A program made the translations under genes and the position numbers. The notes beneath the pieces are model-generated. The model was given only the letters and a program-made list of their open reading frames with translations. It was not told the DNA's origin and ran no database searches. A stretch of DNA of 64,000 bases from Syncephalis fuscata S228 (Eukaryota; Fungi; Zoopagomycota), in NCBI GenBank assembly GCA_025786725.1, contig JAHLTZ010000004.1, forward strand, positions 186,001 to 250,000, read 5' to 3'. Shown here in pieces: positions 40,021 to 54,437 of the stretch; the stretch's first letter is position 1, and the number at the start of each line of letters is the position of its first letter.

Positions 40021-40528
40021 CGAAAATGTTTACTCCAAATAAACTGTGTGCATATTTAAATAATGCTAATGTGGGTGATTGGAGTGTATATATGATGGTA
40101 CCGTATATATATATATATATATATGGAAACGTATAACGTGGATGATATCAATGCGGTAACGTAATACGTATTGATTCTCAGGTTACATATGTATATACAG
40201 CACATGTTACATAGCAAGTATTTAGCAGAAAGTAAATGTGCTGAGGATACCGTTAGCTATTGTGTAAGTTGTGTAAACTATTTAAATCTATAATTGTGAT
40301 GAGGCATCACATTTTACTTTCTGCTAAATACTTGCTATGTAACATGTGCTGTATATACATATGTAACCTGAGAATCAATACGTATTACGTTACCGCATTG
40401 ATATCATCCACATTATACGTTTCCATATATATATATATATATATACGGTACCATCATATATACACTCCAATCACCCACATTAGCATTATTTAAATATGCA
40501 CACAGTTTACTTGGAGTAAACATTTTCG
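40021..40528. repeat. Near-perfect long inverted repeat, ~220-bp arms (40021-40240 / 40308-40528), ~67-bp spacer
   Basis: Arms are reverse complements apart from about two substitutions and one indel, and share the same 21-nt TA run. Confidence 0.95.
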
Positions 40529-41383
40529 GTACCACATTATTACATATTTATGCTTTGGTCATTTTACATGGAAATTGAATTTTATTTGTTACGTATATGC
40601 TAGCTGCAGTTCTTCAAAGCATAAAAGTATACTGATTGGTTCGTATATTCATTTATGTTCGGCATTGTGATTTAGTTGCAAGAATAAACATTTTACTTTA
40701 GCACTGTGCTACAGTCTGTTGATATGGGTTTATTTAGCAATCACTTGTGGACATGAATTATTGACTGCTGCCTAACAACACTTCCAATAGCAGAGCATTC
40801 AATTTTAGCATTGCTGTCATCGATTGTTCAACCATACAGCAATGTAACAACACTAGGCTGCACTGATTTGGCAATCTCCGTCAAATATATCCAGTGTTGA
40901 ATGTACGGCGGCAACATACAAATACTAACCAGTGACAATTTAAATGCACAAGTGATTTATTTGGCAATGACTCAAAGAATAGTTATCTGTTTATTATATC
41001 CATAGTGGTTTATTATAGGCGCACACATCAAATTGCTAACAATTCAAGACAAACTACATCAGGACAAGACTGTGGCATTGAAACTCATAGCAATATCACA
41101 TTCTAAGCATATTCTTACCAGTCTGTAAATCCATGGCAATACTGTCATCATTCCAATAACTATGGCTATATTCAATGAATATTGCTTTCAACACTTAATA
41201 TAAAGACAATTTTTAATAAAGTAATTTTTATTTCATATATACTGACAAAAGAACGACAACGATCATATTGCAGCGGAACAGTTCTAATTAAAATAATGTT
41301 GATTATGATAATCCAATTTTTACTTGTATCAAATTTGTGTGCAATTTCATAACCAAATATTACATTTTTTAATTTTTATTAGT

Positions 41384-42694
41384 ATGCCAATCTTGAATCC
41401 ACAGCAAGAGTGGGAGTTGTTGCAGCATTTAGAGCACTATCCCGGTCGGCTACCGGTACAAGCTGCACGGCTAAGACGACGCTTGCATTTGCGTAGAGTA
41501 GGTGCTTATTAATTGGGGGCACTACCGCAGCTAACCAATTAATAGGTAAGACGCGGGCTCGGTGTAAGGAATTTCGACTTGGACACTTGGGTGACGCGCC
41601 ACTTACACTCGGGTCAAGCAGCTGAGCCACTGCCTACGCGCCAAGAAATAGCCCAAAGAGGTGCAAACAGTGATGATCTTACCAACTATCAGGCAAGTAG
41701 TAGAAACGAGTGATTAGTGATAGATAGCTAATACTTGCTATCAGTTGACGTCGACTTTGTATCGAAATTCGTTTGAATACCGTCTACTTGGGCGATCCTC
41801 TGCATCACTAACGACTGAAGAGCCATGGATAAGTACTTACATTGGACGTAAGCTGCGGCCGTTTATATGGCGTGATTATGAGTCGCGTCCACCTCGTTTG
41901 CAACTACTACTTGATATTCATTGCCGGTAAATTGATACTATACTTCAAACATCTATATTAATGACCACTAATACAATCATAAATTAAATATAGAGCCACC
42001 GTAGACAACGATACTGATCATAACAGTGATGCATATATTCCTGGATCCATTGATTTTTGCTACTTTCAAAAGTGTCATCTCTCACAAGTCAACTTTTTAT
42101 TAGAGCTACTATTTTGGCCAGGGATTGACAGTAAGTGGATAGCGTAACAACAACAGCAATATCTCATCATTAATATGTGTATGGCATTAGTGACAGAGGC
42201 GCTACTGTATCCGGATTTCAGCGTTATAGCCTTGTATAAACGGATTGTTGTCGGATGTGCCTTTATGACACCAGAGGCCTATGTAACCTATGTTGGTGTA
42301 GCACCAGGATGGGAACGAGCAAATATTGGACGGTAAGTAAAGAAAGTTAAATCATCATGTGTAGCTGATTAGCCGCTAATCTATGGCATAGATTTATGAT
42401 GTATCATTTAATACAAGCAAGTATTGTTTGCAATGATTATTTTAGATAACTTATACTTTTACCTGTAGCTGTCGGGTGGCAAAGATGTAATCCTACATGT
42501 ATCGGCCAATAATCCAGCTATGGTATGTAGTAAACGGTTTAAAGTAACTCTAGTTGATACTATTAAATTATTAGATCATGTATCAACAGTTTGGATTCAA
42601 GCCAGAAGAATTTATTATTAATTTCTACGATAAATACCTTCCGGAAGATAGCCGGTTGTGTAAAAATGCATTTCTACTTCGACTACGTCGATAA
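41384..42694 (+). CDS. KAT14/CSRP2BP/ATAC2-like GNAT acetyltransferase, copy 1
   Basis: ARLRRRLHLRR; YIGRKLRPFIWRDYESRPPRLQLL; IDFCYFQKCHLSQVN..LFWPGID; EALLYPDFSVIALYKRIVVGCAFM; GKDVILHVSANNPAMIMYQQFGFKPEEFIINFYDKYLP...NAFLLRLRR*. Confidence 0.88.
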
Positions 42695-42841
42695 ACTATT
42701 ATGTACACATTACTGATTAAATACATACTTTATTATTTATGTCATATCCCCAAAACAGCCATATGCTTAATGATACGTATAGACAGTAGTAAAGAAAGAC
42801 ACAATGATTTTATATAAAATGATGCCACAGTTATATAGAAG

Positions 42842-43668
42842 TTAGTTTTTTGTAGCTAGTTTGCGACGATGATCGGCCAGATCAGCAATGCTAATCATTT
42901 TAAGGTTCCATTGCTTGGCGAATTTGTAGCAGTCATCCCTGCGAGCCATTGTACCGTCGTCATTTACAATCTCACATAAAACGCCAGCTGGATACAGTCC
43001 TGATAATTCACAAAGATCTAGTAATTGTCAGTATAGTTAGCAATCGGCTATTAATTGTGTCATAATATTTCATCGTTGCTTACCGATGGAGGCCTCAGTA
43101 TGGCCGGGACGCACAAGAACACCGCCTTCAGTGTAGCGCAAAGGGAAAATGTGGCCTGGTTTGGCAAATGCTTCAGGATCGAAAGTTTCCGAGTTGGCCA
43201 ATTGGCGCAAAGTAAGTGCTCGATCAGCTGCAGATATACCTGTCGTGGTACCTGTAGAGAAAAATAGTCGTGCATAAGTAAGCATGTTTAAGCACAAACA
43301 AGTTCAGCAAGTTACTTACCAATTTTATAGTCAACGGTAACAGTAAATGCCGTGTTAAATGATTCAGAATTCTTGGGCACCATCAACGGCAGTTCAAGCT
43401 GCTCAAGACGCTCCTTGCGAAGAGGACAACAAATAACACCACTCGTGTAGCGTACCATAAACGCAATATCCTGCGCGGTAACGTTCTCGGCGGCAATAAT
43501 AAGGTCGCCTTCGTTTTCGCGATCTTCGTTGTCGACAACGACCAGGAACTTGCCAGCAGCAAAGTCTTTTAGTGCTTCGGGAATACTGTCGAATTGCATA
43601 TTGAAACTGTCGTTATCACCGCTGGTAGCAGACAAGGCTGATGTGCCATTATGTTCAATAGGAGACAT
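42842..43668 (-). CDS. RIB3: 3,4-dihydroxy-2-butanone 4-phosphate synthase, copy 1
   Basis: [84 protein letters not shown]. Confidence 0.96.
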
Positions 43669-44602
43669 GATAAACAAGAATTATTGTTTAGTATAAAAGG
43701 TATCGACTCGCCAGCTGATGAGAATAAAACAAGTTAAAACAGAGAAAATGGAGACAAAGAGATAGAAGTGGCAGCAGTAAAAAGAAGAAAGCAAGAGCAA
43801 GACGTATTATCGTAAATTATACGTATGCAATTACGTGTACAAGTGGATATGGTTATCAGAAAGCGTTTGGATATGACGTGGTGTATCGATCACTGGTTGG
43901 CCGTAGAAGCGAAGGTGGTGATCGTGGTGATATACTAAAACAAATACGAATTGGCCAGTAACAAGTGATACGCAAAAAGTTAATTGGTTTTTTATAATTC
44001 CCATTGGTCAATGGTAAAACCACGGCGATATTTATACTCACATTGCTCGGCCAATACAATAGTAATGTTGATTTGTGATCCGCCTTGGAGCATTACAAAC
44101 ACTGATACTCACGGCCATAAATTACCACGATAACGCCATGTAAAAAACCAATGATGTTGAGCAAATGAATATGGCTGACAAAGCATTAAACCGCGGTGAT
44201 TAGCCACTGCTTGACTACTGAATATCAGCAACTATACAATAGCGTATTAACAAGTAGATTACATATTTTAATTGTTTATTGTAGCTTATTTACATGTATA
44301 GTAAAGTGTATTTGGGTAAAGTATTATTCAACTTTTCTCCATCACATGTTAATGGGTCGGAATTATTAGATGATTAATCAGCGTCCTTTAGAATGATTAA
44401 GCAAATGGCAGTTTATGAATTTGATAGTTTTAATTTATACAGTCAATTAAAGATCAGCATTTGGCAATAGCAACGCTATACGTCATCAATGACGGATTTA
44501 GCAGTGCCCTGCCGATCCATGTAGTGAATAGGCATTGTCCTGTCGAGGCTTGTTCCATGTTACTGCTGCACAACTACATAATATATTTTACACGATTTCA
44601 GT

Positions 44603-47247
44603 ATGAGATATTTGCTACAGACTAGACAATTTGCAACGCGGGTTGGGCGGCAACACTGGACGACGGGTAGCCGAACAACCACAGTGGTCGGTGCACGTCT
44701 GGCCAGTACAAAGTCCGCGCTGACTGAGAAAGTAGTGTCGGCGCCTACAGGTGGTAGACAGCGTAACTGGCGCTCAGTCGCTATGACATCGGCTGCATTG
44801 GCTATTGGCGGTGCTTCTGCATTCTATTTACTAAGTCGGCAAACACCACTAGCACTTGAACCAGAGCATCAAGCCTCACCAGCAATCACGGCCATCGATC
44901 CTAATCGTCAGCCAACTAAGCCTCGATTGGTTATCCTTGGTTCTGGCTGGGGTGTACGTAGATTGACTGGCAATCAATCATAACTACAATTACTAACGGC
45001 TAATACAATTGATAGGCCACCTCACTGTTAAAAGCAATCGATACGAACAAGTATGAAGTAACGGTTGTTTCGGTAAGATAAATCATCATTTATTTATTTA
45101 TTCATTAAATTTATAATATTAGCCCACAAATTACTTTTTATTCACGCCATTGCTACCATCAGCCACGGTTGGCACTGTTGAATTAAGGTAGGTATTACTA
45201 CTGTTAACCATCTATCTGCATTTGTTTTAACACTATTTAACAGATCGTTGATTGAGCCTATCCGTAAACTCCTTAAACCACTTAATGGCCGATTTATTGA
45301 GGTAAATAGACTGCTAATTGGATATGATGGTTGGTAATGAAACATCTGTATTTAGTGTGAATCATCAAATATTGATTTTGATAACAATACTGTGAAGTTA
45401 CAAGATAAAAATGGCAACGTAGCCGACTTGCCTTATGACAAGGTAATCCACCGTTTATTTATCTATTATTTTTAATGTACTTATACGCAACATCGATCAA
45501 TCTACAGTTGGTTATTGCTGTCGGATCAAAAACAAATAGTATGGGCGTGTCTGGTGTTGAGCACTGCTGCCAATTGAAAACATTTGGAGATGCTGCCCAC
45601 ATCCGTCATAAGATCATGGACAACTTTGAACGAGCTTCTTTACCAACAACTTCTCCTCAAGAACGTGAACGCCTACTAAGCTTTGTCATTTGTGGTGGCG
45701 GTAAGATAAATAATAGATAAATAATAGTGTACAGTACTAATATATATATATATATTGTAATTTCAGGTCCAACAGGTAATCGTCAACAAGTTTAGTCAAT
45801 TAATTTAGTGTAATTAATACATCAATCACATTTAGGCGTTGAATTTGCTGCCGAGTTATACGAATTTTTAACTGAAGATCTAGTTAATTATGTAAGATGA
45901 GTTCTTTACATTTAATATTACTTTCACTAACTTACCTTTATTTCTATTTTAGTTCCCTGAAATACCAGTCAACGATGTGCGTGTATCGATTATCCAATCA
46001 CAAGACCATATTCTTAATACATACGATCGAATCATCTCCCAGTTCGCCGAGGTAATAGATAAAATATCATTGCTACTACTATTAAATTAATGTATTGTTA
46101 AACAGAAACACTTGAAGTCAACCAATATCGATGTATTGGCCCGTACTCGAGTTACTCGTGTTGAGCCTGATCATATCGTTTTTAAACGTAAAGACGAGAA
46201 TGGCAAACTAAGTGATGCAGAATCAGAACTACCATTTGGCCTTTGTCTTTGGTCAACAGGCATTGGTAAGTGACACTAACTGCTGATATACTGCTTTAAT
46301 CTAATCATAACGATAATATAACAGGTATTTGTCCTATGGTAAAAACAGTAAAGGAACATCTAGGCGCTGCCCAACAAAAGGCACGTGCTCTAGCTACAGA
46401 TGATCAACTACGTGTTCGTGGTGTTACCGCCGAAAATGTCTATGCCATTGGTGATTGCGCCAGTATTGAGAATCCACGCTTGATTGACAATATTGTTGAA
46501 TTCTTTACTGCTGCCGATACAAATAAGGATGGCGTGCTTGATAAAGAAGAGTTTCAACAGCTGGGTCAAACACTGAAGCATAAATATCCACATACATCGG
46601 AACATTTGCTTAAATTGAACGATTTGTTTGAGGAATTCGATGTTGACAAATCTGGTAAGTACAGTCGTTATAATTGTTTATTTAAACAAACATAACAACA
46701 ACTATTATGCTATAGGCACACTTGATAAAAACGAATTGCGTTCTATGCTACAGGCAATCGACCGTCAAATGACAAATCTACCCGCTGTAAGTCGTGTAAA
46801 TGATTAACACCATGTATCAACTGCTAATATTTTATTTTAATAGACGGCCCAAGTAGCTAGTCAACAGGGCAAATACATGGCCAATAAGTTGAACAAGCTA
46901 TCGGAATATGCTAAAGCGGCACCAGCTATTGGATACACGTTCCCTAAAGATGAGGAGGAAAACAAGCCCTTCAACTATAGTCATTTAGGCTCACTTGCCT
47001 ATATTGGCAACGCAGCAGTGGCCGACTTTGGATCAGGACGTGCTTATACAGGTGGATGGGCGGGCAAGTACTTGTGGCGAGGTGCCTATTGGAATGAACA
47101 GGTAATGCGTCAATAGAAGCCACGTCATCTATAACTAGAGTTATTGATATTGGTATTGCTATTTAGGTCTCATTGCGTACACGTACATTATTGGCCATTG
47201 ACTGGACAAAGGAACTGCTATTTGGTCGAGATATATCGCGTGCGTAA
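44603..47247 (+). CDS. Mitochondrial type II NADH dehydrogenase with EF-hand insert (NDE/NDB type), copy 1
   Basis: Presequence; RLVILGSGWG; NYFLFTPLLPSATVGT; FVICGGGPTGVEFAAEL; VYAIGDCA; EF-hands DTNKDGVLDKEEF and DVDKSGTLDKNEL; PATAQVASQQGKY; PFNYSHLGSLAYIG; FGRDISRA*. Confidence 0.95.
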
Positions 47248-47408
47248 TTCTATCGTATCAATGTTATTCATTATTACAGTAGGGTTTGTTGTTTATATTA
47301 TTATTGAATGGTCTACAAATAACTATTCTATGCATTATCTTATCACAACAAACATTTATTAAGCATCTTTGGTGTTGCAGCTATCAATTGTCCATTCTTC
47401 TCATATCA

Positions 47409-48261
47409 TTAGACAAGTCCATGTTCCAAAATCTATAGCAAATGTTAATGGCCTATGCCTAATATTGATAGCAGTTACTAACCTTTTTTGGCTCCATAAA
47501 CGCTAGCCAGTCTGAAGTGGCTGTTGGTAATAGTCCCATAGCCGATAACTTGTAAATACCCAGCAAAATAGTTAGTACATTCATTAGTACAAATACTAGT
47601 TTGGGCAGTGTCAATTCGCCAGCAGTACGCGTTCCTTTAATCTCAAATCGCTCAAATGCTATAGTCTATGTTAAATTGCTGTTTCTAATCTTTATTGCAT
47701 CTATATTGTTTACCTGTATTCAAGCTCATAATAGCCTTAACTGGCTGAAAGAATAACATCGCCGTAATCATAATACTAAAGATTTGCACACCATTGCCGC
47801 TCATCCATAGCATAAATCCATTCATAGGCAATGATTTTCCCGGTGCCAATGCCGCATCCCATGCTCTCTAAATAGTGACGATTACAAAGCTGTTAGTCTT
47901 ACAGCACAACGACTAAACTGTCGTTGTTATAGTCTACCTTAATTTTCAAGTTGGCATGTGCGTCTACCGAGTCTGTTCGGCTATGTTTCTAGCAGTTCAA
48001 TAAAATAACTGGTTAACATAATATTGCTACAGCGTGGCCTATATATATATTTACTATGTTTCCTTTACTACTTTTGCCTGAACCAGCAATGAAGCCAAGT
48101 GGGTCTTTTGGTGCACTACGTGGTCCACGATTCCTATCATCAGAATCTTGTTCAATATCCTCATCTACCTATTGCCAGAAGTTAATAACTTACTTGGAAC
48201 GGTCCAACGTAGAAAAGTCAAATGCCCACTTGCGTGTAGCAGCAGTATTTTTGTTACTCAT
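47409..48261 (-). CDS. EMC4: ER membrane protein complex subunit 4, copy 1
   Basis: LKIK|RAWDAALAPGKSLPMNGFMLWMSGNGVQIFSIMIT...GIYKLSAMGLLPTATSDWLAF. Confidence 0.93.
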
Positions 48262-49009
48262 TGACACAGTGTTGAAAGGAAAAGGAAGTGTGTTGAATAC
48301 ATTTAATATTACTTGATTATTGATATTTAATTTATTTATTAATGTTATGATGCTCCTTCATAAACGACATAATAGTTGCATTATACCATATAATGCATTT
48401 ATAGTTTTTCAGTTAATAGATGGCTTTTAATTACGCTGAATTATTCATCATCAAGTTTTACTGTTTATTGATTAGCAAGTTTGTGTCAGTGAATGTATTT
48501 GTTATTTTCTATAGTTATTTATTTTTTTACATATTAACAAATTATTATTATAATTAGCGTACAAAAGCAACTTTGCAAATTGTAAAATATACTGTTAATA
48601 CGTTTACTCGGCTATTGTTTGCTAATTCTTAAATGCAAATAAAACATGATCTAACACAACAGCTTGATCAAATATAATTAAAATGAAATCATGTGTTTAT
48701 TTACTAAAGGTTTGCACAGTTGAATAGGCACAACTCATTGCAGACTTGTTGGTAATATAATGATGCCATTGATTGAAAGGCCAATAAACCGGAGCATTGG
48801 TTAGAACTTGATATATAAATGAACTAAACGGCAGTTGTTGAATGGGCTTGTTTCTTGCCGAATATATACCTAAAGTGTATGAAGCTAGCAGCTCAACCAT
48901 ACTACCAATGCTGATGCCTTGAAAGCATCGGTTACTCTATGGTTATAAATAAATGTAAAACATATCATAAAATTAATGCACAATCTAACATTATATGCTG
49001 CCACTTACC

Positions 49010-50714
49010 TTCTGTTAATATAAGTTATCAACACACACAGTTTACAATATATGCTTAGTAATAGTTGATCAGTATATAATGCCACTTACAAGCTATTAAT
49101 GCAAGTTAGTAGACAGATAATATGCATGACATATTTTTAATATATAGCTCATTAATATTCAATGCCACTTACGAGCTATTAATACAAGTTATTAGACGCG
49201 CACAGTACATGGTATATGTTTAGTATATAATTATGGCTATACAATGCCACTTACGCCCTATCAATACAAGTTATTAGACGCGCGCAATGCATGGTATATG
49301 TTTAGTATATAATTATGGCTATCTGATGCTACTTACAAGCTATTGATACAAGTTATTAAACATATATGGTATATGGTATATGTTTAGTATATAATCATAA
49401 CTATCCAATGCTACTTACAAGCTATTGATACAAGTTATTAAACATATATGGTATATGGTATATGTTTAGTATATTGTTCATTAGCATCCAATGCCACTTA
49501 CGTCCTATCAATACAAGTTATTAGGCATATATGGTATATGGTATATGTTTAGTATATAATTATGCACTATTCAATGCTACTTACGAGCTATGCCACAAAT
49601 TATTAAACATATATGGTATATGGTATATGTTTAGTATATTGTTCATTAGCATCCAATGCCACTTACGAGCTATCAATACAAATTATTAGATATGTATAAT
49701 ATACGGTATATGTTTAGTATGTAATTATAATTATTTAATGCTACTTACTAGCTATGTCACAAGTTATTAGACATGTATGATATATGGTATATATTTAGTG
49801 TGTAATTGTAATTATTTAATGCTACTTACGAGCTATTAATGCAAGTTATTAGACATATAAATATATGGTACATATTTAGTATATAATCATGTACTATCTA
49901 ATGCTACTTACCAGCTATGTCACAAGTTATTAGACATGTATGGTATATGTTTATTATATAAGTATGCACTACTCAATGTCACTTACGAACTATTAATACA
50001 AATTATTAAATACATGATATGCATGATATATGTTTAGTATATAAATATGCACTATTCGATGCCACTTACTCTCTATTAATACAAGTTATTAAATACGCAA
50101 TATGCATGATATATGTTTAGATATAGTCATGTGCTATTCAATGCCACTTACGGGCTATTGATACAAGTTATTAGACATATATGATGTATGATATATATTT
50201 AATATTTAATGCTACTTACGAGCTAGTAAAGTTAGTTTGGTAGTATAAACAATACTTAATTAGTTAAATAACTGGCAATTTCTATTGTGGTTTACCTCCT
50301 ATTAATATAAATTTATTATATTAGTGTTATGAACAAGTGCTTTATTTATTGTTTTATATTAAACTTACTCTTAGCCAATGGTACTGGTTTATCCGTTTTA
50401 CATTAGCAGTTATTCATTAATTAGTAATTTATTAAAAATGTATGTCCAACACTTACCGACTGTTCAAATGTGTTTATAATGTTTATAATGTGTATAACAA
50501 CATACAGTAAGTGCAAACACAATAGCCTATAATAAGGACTTACCACCTAGTATCATCATCAATTAGACACAGATTTAGTAAACATAACACTATTGGATGT
50601 TTATTGTAATTGCAACATACCATGGCCTAATGAAGTTGGTTTAGCATCCACTATAGCTGTACTAATCACAAGAGTCGCGGCAATGGCGCAGAGAACGGCA
50701 ATAAAAAGCTTCAT
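49010..50714 (-). CDS. Micro-exon secreted peptide precursor, type A copy 2 (same 54-aa product)
   Basis: Micro-exons checked in order: GTG, TCG, 15-mer, GAG, CTC, CCC, AGA, TTC, CTG, CTC, CTA, CTC, CTC, GAC, CTT, CTT, GGC, CTC, CTT, AAG. The last two introns are of the type-B variant. Confidence 0.85.
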
Positions 50715-52153
50715 GTTATTATCGATTTGCTAAATAAACAATAGAGTGGATTGGTATAAAGTAGGTAATAGTGGGTATTTGGCAGAAAGCGAGGTTTAAT
50801 GGTGACACTGTTAGCTAGATGTGTATATTATGCGAACTATTTAAATCTGTAATTATGGTGAGGCATCAAGTAAATTTATTGTATAAATCGTACCATTAGA
50901 ACATAATGTAACCAATAGAACACAGCCACATGATAGCTTAAAGCATGCGTATATCAATATATCTATGGTGCAATAGAAATACACCTATCAATTTTGTTTT
51001 GCAGCTACATAATTCAGCTATGCAGTGTAAACTGAATTTATTGGTTCTATAAAAACAGCGACAATGCATCGCTGTGCATTTGCTGCTATTTTTCGGCAAA
51101 TGTATCCCTAATATCTTTATGCACTCCAAACAGTGCATGACAAGCAAATAGTCATGCTGCCTTAGAAAGAAATCAATAGATTTTTCTGCAAGAAAATGAA
51201 GCTGGTCAATTGAGACAAAATATTTATTTCCTCTATTTTACAGATGGTTACATTTATTGATAGTTGGTAAATAAACATCTTTTTTACAAACAATGCATGA
51301 TATCAATGCGGCATCAGTTTTAATGCACTAAACCGTACTTCCTTACATTTATCTTCTGTTACGTATATGCTAGCTGCAGTTCTTCAAAGCATAAAAGTAT
51401 ACTGATTGGTTCGTATATTCATTTATGTTCGGCATTGTGATTTAGTTGCAAGAATAAACATTTTACTTTAGCACTGTGCTACAGTCTGTTGATATGGGTT
51501 TATTTAGCAATCACTTGTGGACATGAATTATTGACTGCTGCCTAACAACACTTCCAATAGCAGAGCATTCAATTTTAGCATTGCTGTCATCGATTGTTCA
51601 ACCATACAGCAATGTAACAACACTAGGCTGCACTGATTTGGCAATCTCCGTCAAATATATCCAGTGTTGAATGTACGGCGGCAACATACAAATACTAACC
51701 AGTGACAATTTAAATGCACAAGTGATTTATTTGGCAATGACTCAAAGAATAGTTATCTGTTTATTATATCCATAGTGGTTTATTATAGGCGCACACATCA
51801 AATTGCTAACAATTCAAGACAAACTACATCAGGACAAGACTGTGGCATTGAAACTCATAGCAATATCACATTCTAAGCATATTCTTACCAGTCTGTAAAT
51901 CCATGGCAATACTGTCATCATTCCAATAACTATGGCTATATTCAATGAATATTGCTTTCAACACTTAATATAAAGACAATTTTTAATAAAGTAATTTTTA
52001 TTTCATATATACTGACAAAAGAACGACAACGATCATATTGCAGCAGAACAGTTCTAATTAAAATAATGTTGATTATGATAATCCAATTTTTACTTGTATC
52101 AAATTTGTGTGCAATTTCATAACCAAATATTACATTTTTTAATTTTTATTAGT

Positions 52154-53464
52154 ATGCCAATCTTGAATCCACAGCAAGAGTGGGAGTTGTTGCAGCATTT
52201 AGAGCACTATCCCGGTCGGCTACCGGTACAAGCTGCACGGCTAAGACGACGCTTGCATTTGCGTAGAGTAGGTGCTTATTAATTGGGGGCACTACCGCAG
52301 CTAACCAATTAATAGGTAAGACGCGGGCTCGGTGTAAGGAATTTCGACTTGGACACTTGGGTGACGCGCCACTTACGCTCGGGTCAAGCGGCTGAGCCAC
52401 TGCCTACGCGCCAAGAAATAGCCCAAAGAGGTGCAAACAGTGATGATCTTACCAACTATCAGGCAAGTAGTAGAAACGAGTGATTAGTGATAGATAGCTA
52501 ATACTTGCTATCAGTTGACGTCGACTTTGTATCGAAATTCGTTTGAATACCGTCTACTTGGGCGATCCTCTGCATCACTAACGACTGAAGAGCCATGGAT
52601 AAGTACTTACATTGGACGTAAGCTGCGGCCGTTTATATGGCGTGATTATGAGTCGCGTCCACCTCGTTTGCAACTACTACTTGATATTCATTGCCGGTAA
52701 ATTGATACTATACTTCAAACATCTATATTAATGACCACTAATACAATCATAAATTAAATATAGAGCCACCGTAGACAACGATACTGATCATAACAGTGAT
52801 GCATATATTCTTGGATCCATTGATTTTTGCTACTTTCAAAAGTGTCATCTCTCACAAGTCAACTCTTTATTAGAGCTACTATTTTGGCCAGGGATTGACA
52901 GTAAGTGGATAGCGTAACAACAACAGCAATATCTCATCATTAATATGTGTATGGCATTAGTGACAGAGGCGCTACTGTATCCGGATTTCAGCGTTATAGC
53001 CTTGTATAAACGGATTGTTGTCGGATGTGCCTTTATGACACCAGAGGCTTATGTAACCTATGTTGGTGTAGCACCAGGATGGGAACGAGCAAATATTGGA
53101 CGGTAAGTAAAGAAAGTTAAATCATCATGTGTAGCTGATTAGCCGCTAATCTATGGCATAGATTTATGATGTATCATTTAATACAAGCAAGTATTGTTTG
53201 CAATGATTATTTTAGATAACTTATACTTTTACCTGTAGCTGTCGGGTGGCAAAGATGTAATCCTACATGTATCGGCCAATAATCCAGCTATGGTATGTAG
53301 TAAACGGTTTAAAGTAACTCTAGTTGATACTATTAAATTATTAGATCATGTATCAACAGTTTGGATTCAAGCCAGAAGAATTTATTATTAATTTCTACGA
53401 TAAATACCTTCCGGAAGATAGCCGGTTGTGTAAAAATGCATTTCTACTTCGACTACGTCGATAA
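52154..53464 (+). CDS. KAT14/CSRP2BP-like GNAT acetyltransferase, copy 2
   Basis: Duplicate of 41384-42694 with a few substitutions. Confidence 0.88.
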
Positions 53465-53611
53465 ACTATTATGTACACATTACTGATTAAATACATACTT
53501 TATTATTTATGTCATATCCCCAAAACAGCCATATGCTTAATGATACGTATAGACAGTAGTAAAGAAAGACACAATGATTTTATATAAAATGATGCCACAG
53601 TTATATAGAAG

Positions 53612-54437
53612 TTAGTTTTTTGTAGCTAGTTTGCGACGATGATCGGCCAGATCAGCAATGCTAATCATTTTAAGGTTCCATTGCTTGGCGAATTTGTAGC
53701 AGTCATCCCTGCGAGCCATTGTACCGTCGTCATTTACAATCTCACATAAAACGCCAGCTGGATACAGTCCTGATAATTCACAAAGATCTAGTAATTGTCA
53801 GTATAGTTAGCAATCGGCTATTAATTGTGTCATAATATTTCATCGTTGCTTACCGATGGAGGCCTCAGTATGGCCGGGACGCACAAGAACACCGCCTTCA
53901 GTGTAGCGCAAAGGGAAAATGTGGCCTGGTTTGGCAAATGCTTCAGGATCGAAAGTTTCCGAGTTGGCCAATTGGCGCAAAGTAAGTGCTCGATCAGCTG
54001 CAGATATACCTGTCGTGGTACCTGTAGAGAAAATAGTCGTGCATAAGTAAGCATGTTTAAGCACAAACAAGTTCAGCAAGTTACTTACCAATTTTATAGT
54101 CAACGGTAACAGTAAATGCCGTGTTAAATGATTCAGAATTCTTGGGCACCATCAACGGCAGTTCAAGCTGCTCAAGACGCTCCTTGCGAAGAGGACAACA
54201 AATAACACCACTCGTGTAGCGTACCATAAACGCAATATCCTGCGCGGTAACGTTCTCGGCGGCAATAATAAGGTCGCCTTCGTTTTCGCGATCTTCGTTG
54301 TCGACAACGACCAGGAACTTGCCAGCAGCAAAGTCTTTTAGTGCTTCGGGAATACTGTCGAATTGCATATTGAAACTGTCGTTATCACCGCTGGTAGCAG
54401 ACAAGGCTGATGTGCCATTATGTTCAATAGGAGACAT
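53612..54437 (-). CDS. RIB3: 3,4-dihydroxy-2-butanone 4-phosphate synthase, copy 2
   Basis: Duplicate of 42842-43668, with a 1-nt intronic difference. Confidence 0.96.
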
